Shown: positions 42,190 to 51,500 of the stretch, one piece after another
Numbering within the stretch: position 1 is the stretch's first letter
Layout of the letters: every line of letters begins with the position of its first letter
Origin: Kiritimatiellia bacterium
GTDB lineage: Bacteria > Verrucomicrobiota > Kiritimatiellia > RFP12 > JBMNHG01
Direction of reading: 5' to 3'
Length of the DNA stretch: 64,000 bases
Assembly: GCA_050950285.1 (NCBI GenBank)
Contig: JBMNHG010000002.1
Location: forward strand, 1 to 64,000
Notes under the pieces: generated by a model
What the model saw: only the letters and a program-made list of their open reading frames with translations
Database searches by the model: none
What the model was told of the DNA's origin: nothing
Position numbers and translations under genes: made by a program

Positions 42190-43458
42190 TCACCCGGCAC
42201 GGATGGCGGCGGCGAGGGCGGCTCCGAATTCGGAGCACTTCACTTCGGTCGCCCCTTCCATCTGGCGCGCGAAGTCGTAGGTGACGGTCTTGGCGGCGAT
42301 CACCTTGTCCATGGCGGCGAGGATGGCGTCCGCCGCCTCGGTCCAGCCCATGTAGCGGAGCATCATCTCGCCGGAGAGGATGAGCGAACCCGGATTCACC
42401 TTGTCGAGCCCGGCGTACTTCGGCGCGGTTCCATGGGTGGCCTCGAAGACCGCCACGCCGGTCTGGTAGTTGATGTTGGCGCCGGGGGCGATGCCGATGC
42501 CGCCGACGGTGGCGGCGAGGGCGTCGGAGATGTAGTCGCCGTTGAGGTTCAGGGTGGCGATGACGTCGTATTCGGCGGGGCGCGTGAGGATCTGCTGGAG
42601 GAAGGCGTCGCAAATGCAGTCCTTCACGACGATTTCGCGGCCGGTCTTCGGGTTCCGGAAGGAGCACCACGGGCCTTGGCCGACGAGCTGCGCACCGTAC
42701 TCGCGCCGCGCGAGCTGGTAGCCCCAGTCGCGGAAGGCGCCTTCGGTGAATTTCTGGATGTTGCCCTTGTGGACGAGCGTGACGGACGCGCGGTCGTTGG
42801 CGATGGCGTAGTCGAGCGCGGCCCTGACGAGCCGCTCGGTGCCTTCGAGGGAGACGGGCTTGATGCCGATCGAGGCGGTCTTCGGGAAGCGGATTTTCGT
42901 CACGCCCATCTCGCGTTGGAGCCACTCCACGACCTTTGCGGCTTCGGGCGTACCGTAAAGCCATTCGATGCCGGCGTAGATGTCCTCGGTGTTTTCGCGG
43001 AAGATCACCATGTCGGTGCGTTCGGGATGCTTTACGGGGGAAGGCACGCCTTTGAACCAGCGCACGGGGCGCAGGCACACGTAGAGGTCGAGCTGCTGGC
43101 GCATGGCCACGTTGATGGAGCGGATGCCTCCGCCTACCGGCGTGGTGAGCGGCCCCTTGATGGAGACAAGGAAGTCGCGGCAGGCGTCGAGGGTCTCTTG
43201 CGGGAGCCACGTGTCCGGCCCGTAGACGGCGTTCGACTTCTCGCCGGCGTAGACCTCCATCCAGGCGATCTTGCGTTTGCCGGCGTAGGCCGTCTCCACG
43301 GCGGCGTCCCACACCGCCATCGCGGCGCGGGTGATGTCCGGCCCCGTGCCGTCGCCTTCGACGAAGGGAAGGATGGGATGGTCCGGCACGTCCAGTGTGC
43401 CGTTGGAAAAGGTGATGGGCTCCCCGTCGGCGGGAAGGCGGATTTTGTCAAAGGCCAT
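42190..43458 (-). CDS. icd: NADP-dependent isocitrate dehydrogenase
   Basis: [55 protein letters not shown]. Confidence 0.96.
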   Translation of the reverse strand: MAFDKIRLPADGEPITFSNGTLDVPDHPILPFVEGDGTGPDITRAAMAVWDAAVETAYAGKRKIAWMEVYAGEKSNAVYGPDTWLPQETLDACRDFLVSIKGPLTTPVGGGIRSINVAMRQQLDLYVCLRPVRWFKGVPSPVKHPERTDMVIFRENTEDIYAGIEWLYGTPEAAKVVEWLQREMGVTKIRFPKTASIGIKPVSLEGTERLVRAALDYAIANDRASVTLVHKGNIQKFTEGAFRDWGYQLARREYGAQLVGQGPWCSFRNPKTGREIVVKDCICDAFLQQILTRPAEYDVIATLNLNGDYISDALAATVGGIGIAPGANINYQTGVAVFEATHGTAPKYAGLDKVNPGSLILSGEMMLRYMGWTEAADAILAAMDKVIAAKTVTYDFARQMEGATEVKCSEFGAALAAAIRAG

Positions 43459-43678
43459 AGCGCGCTCCTCGATGCCAAAAATAAAAAAGCCGGAGACCGA
43501 TCCTTGAGCGGACGCTGTGCCACGCCCTGGGTTGGGTGGGGGGAGGGTGAGGGCGGGCAACAGGAGCGAGCTGGGAGATCATGGATGGGATGGTTGCATC
43601 GCTCCCTAAATATGGATCGGTCTCCGGCGAGGGGAATCATCTCATGAGGCAGGGCCGAAAGCAAGCCGAAAGATTCGA

Positions 43679-43691
43679 AAAAATTTGCGTG
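43679..43691. repeat. 13-bp direct repeat AAAAATTTGCGTG, left boundary of the Rhs island
   Basis: Identical to 56124..56136; abuts the point where the Rhs duplicate ends. Confidence 0.55.
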
Positions 43692-43694
43692 CCG

Positions 43695-45104
43695 AGCGGG
43701 TCGCCCTCGGCGTAGGCGTAGAGGTTCAAGCCGCCGGCGAGGCCGAGGGGGTCGGGCGAGAGGAAGCGCTGCAGCGAGGCGCTGTAGAGGCGGTGGCGCG
43801 TGAGGTAGAGGGGCCGATGTGGTCGGACACGGCGACCTGCTGCACACCATGCCCGCCGAGCCAGGCGAAGGGCGTGGGGTTGGCACCGGTGGCGCCCCAG
43901 TCCTGCCCATTCGGGCCGTAACAGGCGGTGTGGAGCGTGTTGCCGGCAGCGTCGGTGAGCGCCACGACGGAGCCGTACTCGTCGCAGTGGGCGACGGTGA
44001 GGGCGCCGGAAGCGGCGTCTATGAAGCCGAGCAGCCGTCCGGGCGCCCAGAGGTAGTAGCGCAGCGGCGTCGCCGGTGCCGGCGTCGGCACTCCATCAGC
44101 GGGCGCTTGAGCGGGATCGGCATGGTCGGGGATGAAGAGGCGGTCGCCGGTATAAGAGGCGGTTGCCGAGGGGATCGTAGGAGTGCGTTCAACGCACGAA
44201 AGGCGCGAGAGGCACGAACAGAGAGGAGAGCTGGCCGAGGGGGGAGTAGGCGGCGGCGAAGACGCTGTTTGAGCCGGAGACGAGGCTGGTCAGGGCGCCG
44301 TTGCCGTCGTAGAGGTAGGTCTCGGCAATGGGGGCGTTGGTGTGGGAACCGTAGCGCACAGAGGCCGCGACAAGGCGGTCGGCGGCGTCGAAGGTGTTGG
44401 TTGCGTACCGAACGAAGACGGGCGCGGGGTGAGGCCCGGCGGTGATATCCTCGCGGGTCTTGAGTCCCGCCGCGTCGCGGGTGACGGTGCGTCCGGCCAG
44501 TGTGCCGACCGACCATGCTTCGAGACGCCCCGCCGCGTCGTAGCGGTTGGTGGCGGCTATGCCGCCCGGCGACGTGCCGCCGGTGGGGTTGCCGCTACAT
44601 CGCGGGATACCGCTCTTCGCTCCGATGCTGTGCATCGGCCATGAAGTCGCGGTCGCCCTTCGGCACGGCCTTGGGCTTTGCGCTCTTTCATTGCCCGCGC
44701 CGTCCCATGCGAAGTGCCACGTGTGGCCGAGCCAGTCGGAGAGGGATACCAGCCGCCCGTCGGCATCGTAGGTGCGGGTGACATTTTTGCCGGGGGCATA
44801 GACGAGGTTGGTGACCAGCCCGCCCGCGTCGCGGGCGTAGGCGGCGGTGAAGGTGGCATTCGAGACAACGGTCGTGGCGGCGGTCAGCCGGTCCATCACG
44901 TCGTAGCTGAACGAGAGGCGCGCCGTTTCGTTCGAGGCGGTCAGGAGATTGCCCACCGCGTCGTAGGTAAAGGTTGCGTGTCCTTCGTGCCCTTCTTGGC
45001 TGAACGCATCCCGCGCCACCAGCCGGTCGAGGGCATCGTAGGCGTAGCGTACCGTGTTGCCCGCGCCGTCGGCGCGGTTGGTGAGGTTGCCGGCGAGGTC
45101 GTAG
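43695..45104 (-). pseudogene. Orphan Rhs core duplicate: truncated, frameshifted, no toxin tip
   Basis: Near-identical to ~49225..50526 (YDLAGNLTNR...LNLYAYAEGDPL); stops before DPxG; carries a 102-bp insertion and scattered single-base indels. Confidence 0.85.
44589..44695. mobile_element. 97-bp insertion flanked by a 5-bp direct repeat (TTGCC)
   Basis: Absent from the main Rhs copy; TTGCC at 44589..44593 and 44691..44695; internal hairpin CCGATGC-TGT-GCATCGG. Confidence 0.6.
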
Positions 45105-45357
45105 GATGAACCTTCGCAGATTGGTGACGTGCTTACAGTGACGCGAGCCGGTGAAACCGAAGCATCGGATGGCAAAGGTGCATAGGCTCGAACGGCAAAA
45201 GGCAGCACTATCGTCGCAACAAATGCTGCGACGCAATGCTTTACATGCCTATGCGATGCCTGTTGCATATCTGTATAAACTGTTAGAGACTCAATGAATA
45301 GCAAAACTTCCAATCATAACCGACAATATCATTTGTCGAACTATGGGTGTCAGCGAG

Positions 45358-45702
45358 CTACCACACTTGAATTGGCCCGTTAAGGTAGGGAACGAAGTGC
45401 ATAGCTTCCGAACCACGAAGATGCCTGTTGTCAAGTGGAATTGTGATTTTGCAGCCGTCTGTCGTAGTCACCTTCAACGCTTGGAACTCTTCCAACGTCA
45501 CATCTACAACCGTTGAACCGATAAGCTTACAAAGTGCATCACGCGAACCAGGTTCAGGAAAGCGATGTTCTACGCCCTGAATCAAGATGATCGGATTCGA
45601 TAGACTGCGAAGTATCGCGCCATCAAAATGGAATTCCACGTAATCACGCACGAAACACACGGCGGATATTTCTTCGCCGCGCAAATCAGAAGGGTGATAC
45701 AT
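45358..45702 (-). CDS. Putative immunity protein (paralog of 47798..48163); original first codons displaced by IS4
   Basis: Low GC; VCFVRDYVEFHFD...GSRDALCKLIG matches VMFIHDYIQFYFD...GYCDALCELIG. Confidence 0.65.
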   Translation of the reverse strand: MYHPSDLRGEEISAVCFVRDYVEFHFDGAILRSLSNPIILIQGVEHRFPEPGSRDALCKLIGSTVVDVTLEEFQALKVTTTDGCKITIPLDNRHLRGSEAMHFVPYLNGPIQVW

Positions 45703-45711
45703 AATTTTTCT

Positions 45712-47270
45712 CACTAGCATCCCATAGGCGGACCGGCAACCGACCGGTTCCCGCAGTTGGCACACTTTAGGGGCGGGGAGTTGCCTCTAAAGATTTTGCA
45801 AAAAAGTGTCGGCTTCGGAGGCGTTGGCCTGTAACCTACAGGCATTATGAAAAAACTACTCCCCCAATTGCTTGGGTTCGCGCCTCCGAAACCAACGAAG
45901 ACAGTGTACACCGTGCTGCGGCAGCTCGTCCAGTGGATTCCCGCCGGGATGATCCAGCGGCTCGCCGAGGAGTACAAGCTCGACATCCGCAAGTGGTCGG
46001 CGGTGAGCCATGTGGTCGCGCTGATGTGCGGGCAGCTTGCGGGCTGCGACAGCCTCAACGGGATCGTGGACGCGGCGCGCGTCCACGAGGGCGAGTGGCG
46101 CAACATCCGTGGGGCGCAACCGCCGAAGCGCAACACGTTTTCCAACGCGAACCGGCATCGCGACGCGGCCATGGCCGAGCGGCTGTACTGGGAGGTCTTC
46201 GATCATCTGGTCACCGTCTGTCCGGGGTTCGGGCAGTACAAGAGGCACAAGGGCTTCCTCGCGCGGATGAAGCGCGGCATCTTCGCCATCGACTCCAGCA
46301 CGATCAAGCTGTGCCTGAACTGCATCGACTGGGCCCGGCACCGCAGGAAGAAGGCGGCGGCAAAGCTGCACATGAACCTCGACGCGGGCAGCCGCCTGCC
46401 CGCCGCCGTCGTCGTGGAGGATGCGGGTCACCACGACTCCAACAGGGCGGAGACGCTCTGCGCCGGGCTGAAGGCGGGCGACGTGTGCCTCGCCGACCGC
46501 GCCTACACGGACTTCTCCTTCCTCGACAGCCTGCGGGCGCGCGGCATCTTCTTCGTGGTCAGGCAGAAAGCGAACATGAAGTTCAAGCGCGTCAGGTGTC
46601 TGCCGGAGAACCGGGACGCGGGCATCATCAATGACGAACTCGTCGAGCCATCCCTCGCCCGCTCAAAACAACTCTATTCCGTCCCCCTGCGCCGCGTGAC
46701 CGCGAACGTAGAGGTGAACGGCAAGATGATGGAGATGACTTTCCTGACGAACAACCTCGGCTGGAGCGCGCGCACCATCGCGGAACTGTACCGGGCGAGG
46801 TGGGCCGTCGAGTTGTTCTTCAAGGAGCTCAAGCAGACCTGCCAGATACGCGACTTCGTCGGGTACAACGAGAACGCGGTCAAGTGGCAGATCTGGACGG
46901 GGATGCTCGTGCACCTCCTGCTGCGGTTCATGAGTCATGTCGCGGACTGGAAGCTGAGCTTCTCGCGCCTCGCGGGCGTCGCGCGCGCGGCGGTGTGGGT
47001 CAAGCGCGACCTGATTGAGATGCTCAAAATCTATGGGACAGCACCGCGGCCAAAACCGGGTGAATCCCGCGAAAAACCCCCGCCCATACAGGCCTTTTTC
47101 GATTTCTGGCGGCTCGACTATGGGACAGCAGGGCCGTAAAACCCAGTAAAAACGCGAAACGGCCGGTCGCTCCGGGAAAACCTCAAACCTGAAACCACAA
47201 AAAAGACATCAAAAACCCAAGCAAATCCGCATGGGTAAGGGTGAATTGTGCCGCCTATGGGATGCTAGTG
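45712..47270 (+). mobile_element. IS4-family insertion sequence, 1,559 bp
   Basis: Perfect 20-bp TIR CACTAGCATCCCATAGGCGG; 9-bp TSD AATTTTTCT at 45703..45711 and 47271..47279. Confidence 0.93.
45847..47139 (+). CDS. IS4-family DDE transposase
   Basis: AIDSSTI, KLH, ADRAY, FLTN, YRARWAVELFFKELKQ (YREK), NENAVKWQIW. Confidence 0.95.
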   Translation: MKKLLPQLLGFAPPKPTKTVYTVLRQLVQWIPAGMIQRLAEEYKLDIRKWSAVSHVVALMCGQLAGCDSLNGIVDAARVHEGEWRNIRGAQPPKRNTFSNANRHRDAAMAERLYWEVFDHLVTVCPGFGQYKRHKGFLARMKRGIFAIDSSTIKLCLNCIDWARHRRKKAAAKLHMNLDAGSRLPAAVVVEDAGHHDSNRAETLCAGLKAGDVCLADRAYTDFSFLDSLRARGIFFVVRQKANMKFKRVRCLPENRDAGIINDELVEPSLARSKQLYSVPLRRVTANVEVNGKMMEMTFLTNNLGWSARTIAELYRARWAVELFFKELKQTCQIRDFVGYNENAVKWQIWTGMLVHLLLRFMSHVADWKLSFSRLAGVARAAVWVKRDLIEMLKIYGTAPRPKPGESREKPPPIQAFFDFWRLDYGTAGP

Positions 47271-47293
47271 AATTTTTCTCATCATATGTTCGC

Positions 47294-47683
47294 CTACTCA
47301 ACGACCCATCCATCCAAACGGCCGGGAAGATTCAATTCCCATCTTAGATAGTAATCCGCAGCTTCCCGTGCCGATCCGAATTCGCAAGCTGACTGCTCGG
47401 CTAGGACAAGAGGATTTTCAGTTGATGCTCGGCGGGCGTAGCAAATGAACCTGTTTGGAGAGACATGGTGAATAAAGATGCCCTCGTGAATCGCATCCGT
47501 GTTGTGTGAATCAGAAGGCTTAGCAGGGAACCATTCTCGGTCGGCAAGCAGAAGTGCTAAATGGTCTCGAACCTCGGCATAGCTCAAAGTCTCTGCAGGA
47601 AGAAGACCAAAAGCCTTCCGTTGATCCATATTGAAGTGTTCGCCTTCAAGCAATCTAGTAATTATCTGCGACGGCATACGCAT
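47294..47683 (-). CDS. Hypothetical protein, putative orphan immunity
   Basis: Low-GC 129-aa ORF with AAGGAG RBS, within the post-toxin array. Confidence 0.6.
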   Translation of the reverse strand: MRMPSQIITRLLEGEHFNMDQRKAFGLLPAETLSYAEVRDHLALLLADREWFPAKPSDSHNTDAIHEGIFIHHVSPNRFICYARRASTENPLVLAEQSACEFGSAREAADYYLRWELNLPGRLDGWVVE

Positions 47684-47797
47684 TTTGACTCCTTATTATC
47701 GGAAGCATTTTTCATAATGCACCCTAGAAATCGCCTGTGCTAATGGTGTTGGGGTTAATCGGAATGTGCGGATCGGACTTCTCAATGACGCATGGTT

Positions 47798-48163
47798 TCA
47801 CCAAAAATTCCATCGTTTTCCTGAACCATCCTGGAACATCGCGGACTCAGCACAGTCTTGATCCTCGCTACGCAGGGAAATGCTGACTACAGTTTTGTCG
47901 CAAAACTCTAAAGATATCAGATGATTGTCCACTTCATGCGCAACGATAACAGTCTTGCCAATCAATTCACACAATGCGTCGCAATAGCCTGATGTGGCAG
48001 GTTTTAACGTCGCATTGTATTTTATTACATGGGGCAACGTATAGGCATTAAATATAGACTCGTCAAAATAGAACTGAATGTAGTCATGAATAAACATAAC
48101 TCCAGTCAATATTCGACCTTCTAAAGTTTTGAGCAATGAGGCGCAATTAGTATTTACGTTCAT
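47798..48163 (-). CDS. Putative immunity protein (paralog of 45358..45702)
   Basis: Low GC; shared DYIQFYFD / DALCELIG motifs; ATG at 48163 with AGGTGG upstream. Confidence 0.65.
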   Translation of the reverse strand: MNVNTNCASLLKTLEGRILTGVMFIHDYIQFYFDESIFNAYTLPHVIKYNATLKPATSGYCDALCELIGKTVIVAHEVDNHLISLEFCDKTVVSISLRSEDQDCAESAMFQDGSGKRWNFW

Positions 48164-48263
48164 AAGCCACCTACTTTGCGGGTATGTGCCACCAAGGGGC
48201 CAAAGGCGAAAACTACGTTCACTCATATTCCGCGCTAGCGCGTAGGCCATCATGAGAGAAGGA

Positions 48264-48530
48264 TCAGCGTCCGTATGCTTTATCCACAAAGGCAATAACC
48301 CCGTCGGCCTCAGCCCATCCTGTAGAACCAAGCAGTCTTACGACAACGCCACGATTTTCAACAAGTGCCTTCCGAATAGCGCCTAGGATTTCCAGCCCCG
48401 AGCTCCCCAAATGCAAGGCATCGTCAAGTTGTCCGAGCAAATCAATCTCATTGCCTTTCCGGCATTCGGACATGAGTCGTTCAACGAAGTGATAAACATC
48501 ATCGGTGTTGATGGTCGTAAGTGCATTCAT
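48264..48530 (-). CDS. Cognate immunity protein candidate
   Basis: 88 aa, ATGA overlap with the Rhs toxin stop, low GC. Confidence 0.72.
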   Translation of the reverse strand: MNALTTINTDDVYHFVERLMSECRKGNEIDLLGQLDDALHLGSSGLEILGAIRKALVENRGVVVRLLGSTGWAEADGVIAFVDKAYGR

Positions 48531-51500
48531 GGCATGTAGAAGGAATCAATCCTGAATGAACCCGGCGTCGTCACCGCCTCAATGCCACCCCCTGGGTTTG
48601 GCGGGATACCCGGCGCTGGACGCGTAATCACCGGTGCGCCGGGTTGCACTCGACCGGTCAGGATGAAGTCGAAATTAGCGTTCTGCGGTGGAATGCCGTA
48701 ACGACCGGCGTATCCTGGATTGAGGGGGCTTTCCAGAGACAGAAACTGTGACGCTGTTGTTTCACTGCGGCCAAGAACACCACCCTTGTAAACTGTCGTG
48801 CCGCCTTGCACTTGTCGCAATGCGGCTTGAGCTTCCGGCGTCCCAGACTGAATGGCAACGCCATGAGGAGTGTTTATCGTTGTCGCAACAGATCTGGTGC
48901 CCCCCGCCTTGGCATACGGTGCGGCGATGGTTGCGGCGATGATCAAGGTGTTGCCGACGATCTGGCCGCGCCCCCTGTTCCCGCTGTTCCATGTTTCGGC
49001 TATGCCTTCGGCCATAGCCTGGGCAGTCTGTACGGGATGCGCAACAGCATTGAACAATCCCGCCGCCGTCTGTATCGGATGGCGCACAACATTGTAGAGA
49101 CCACCGACCGTACCTGCAATAGCATCACCGTAACCAGCAACGAACTGCCCGACGTCTCCGAGGTAACTGCCTGTCTCCCAATAGTTGTTTTCAGGACACA
49201 ACCCCAGCGGATCAATGTAGCTCAGCGGGTCGCCCTCGGCGTAGGCGTAGAGGTTGAGGCCGCCGGCGAGGCCGAGGGGATCGGGCGATAGGAAGCGCTG
49301 CAGCGAGGCGCTGTAGAGGCGGTGGCGGGTAAGGTAGAGCGGGCCGAGATGTTCGGAGACGGCGACCTGCTGCACACCATGCCCGCCAAGCCAGGCGAAG
49401 GGGGTGGGATTGGTGCCGGAGGCGCCCCAGTCCTGGCCGTTGGGGCCGTAACAGGCGGTGTGTAGCACCGCGCCGGAAGCGTCGGTAAGCGCGATGACGG
49501 AGCCGTACTCGTCGCAGTGGGCGACGGTGAGGGCGCCGGAAGCGGCGTCTATGAAGCCGAGCAGCCGTCCGGGCGCCCAGAGGTAGTAGCGCAGCGGCGC
49601 GCCGGTGGCGGCGTCGGCCTCGATCAACGGACGCTTGAGGGGATCGGCATGGTCGGGGATGAAGAGGCGGTCGCCGGAGATGATGCGGTTGCCGAGGGGA
49701 TCGTAGGAGTGGTTTAACGCAGAGGCGCAGAGACGCAGAGAGGAGAGCTGGCCGAGGGGGGAGTAGGCGGCAGTGAAGACGGTGTTTGAGCCGGAGACGA
49801 GGCTGGTCAGGGCACCGTTGCCGTCGTAGAGGTAGGTCTCCGCAACGGGGGCGTTGGTGTGCGAGCCGTAGCGCACAGTGGCCGACACCAGGCGGTCGGC
49901 GGCGTCGAAGGTATTCGTGGCATAGCGCACGAAGGCGGGCGCGGGGTGCGGCCCGGCGGTGATCTCCTCGCGGGACTTGAGCCCCGCCGCGTCGCGGGTG
50001 ACGGTACGGCCGGCCAGCGTGCCAATGGACCATGATGCGAGACGCCCCGCCGCGTCGTAGCGGTTGGTGGCGGCGATGCCGCCCGGCGACTGTGCCGACC
50101 GGTAGGAGCTTGCCCAGCACCGTCCCATGGCGAAAGTGCCACGTGTGGCCGAGCCAGTCGGAGACGGTTGCGAGCCGTCCGTCGGCGTCGTAGGTGCGCG
50201 TGACGCTTTTGCCGGGGGCATAGACGAGATTGGTAACCAGCCCGCCCGCGTCGCGGGCGTAGGCGGCGATGAAGGTGGCATTCGAGAGGGCGGTCGTGGC
50301 GGTGGCCAGCCGGTCCATCACGTCGTAGCTGAACGACAGGCGCGCCGTTTCATTGGATGCGGTCAGCAGATTACCCACCGCATCGTAGGCAAAGGTTTCG
50401 TGTTTTTCGTGCCCTTCGTGGCTGAAGGCGTCCCGCGCCACCAGCCGGTCGAGCGCGTCGTAGGCGTAGCGTACCGTGTTGCCCGCGCCGTCGGCGCGGT
50501 TGGTGAGGTTGCCTGCTAGATCGTAGCCGTTGGCGAAGACCTGCTGACCGAGGGCGTTGGTGGCGGCGAGGGGGCGCGACAGGGCGTCGTAGGACATGGT
50601 GTAGACGCGTCCCTCGGCGTTGGTGTACACGGTCCAGTTGCCGAGGCCGTCGTAGCCGAAGGAATCGGTCGCGCCGGAGGGGCGGATGGCGGCGGTGCGG
50701 CGGCCGAGGGCGTCGTGGGTGTAGTGGCGGCTGCGCCCGCGCGGATCGGTGGTGGCGGTGACGCGGTCCAGGGCGTCGTAGGCGGTCCACCAGCCGCGGT
50801 CCAGGCCGTCTACCGCCAGCACCGGGCGGTAGAGCCAGTCGTAGCCGTAGTCCGTGCGCACGGCGGCGGCATCGAGGACGGAGGTGGCGCAGCCGGCCCG
50901 GTCGTCGTACCACGTCAGTTCCTCCCAGCGGGGGGTGTGGCGGCGCGTGATGCGCCCGGCGGCGTCGCGGTCGAGGCTGACGCATGTGCCGCGCGTGTCG
51001 GTGAGGGAGGCCAGGCGGTCGACGGCGTCGTACGTGTTGGTCGTGAGCGAGCCGTCCGGCAGTTGGACGGCGGCGGGCTCGCCGGAGGGTGTCCAGAAGA
51101 GGCTGGTGGTGCGCCCGAGGGGATCGGTGACTGTGGCGGGCATCCCGCGCGGGCCGTAGGTGCGGCGGACAGTGTGTCCGGCGGCATCGGTGGTGTTGGT
51201 GAGAAGGCCGCGGGAGTCGTACCGGAAGCGGGTGACATGCCCGTTGGCGTCCTCGGCGCGCACAAGGTTGCCGGCGGCGTCGAATGCGGTGGCCGTGGTG
51301 ACGGGGGACGGCAGGCCGCGGCCCTGCGTGGTCTGTGTGGCGGGACGCCCGCCGCCGTCGTATGCGAAGGTGGTGTGGCGCAGGGTGCGTCCGGCGGCGT
51401 CGAGGAGCGTCTCGGTGGCGCGCAGGCCGGCGGCGGTCCAGGTGCCGGAGAGGGCGCTCCCGTCCGGGAAGGTCGTCAGGACCAGGCGGTCGCGGTCGTC

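Noticed and set aside
45105..48530. Low-GC small ORFs as integron cassettes
   Set aside because: No RYYYAAC...GTTRRRY attC structures and no integrase seen; position after an Rhs tip explains them.
43695..50526. Duplicated Rhs segments as a DGR template/variable repeat pair
   Set aside because: Differences are not adenine-specific and look mostly synonymous; no reverse transcriptase in the window.
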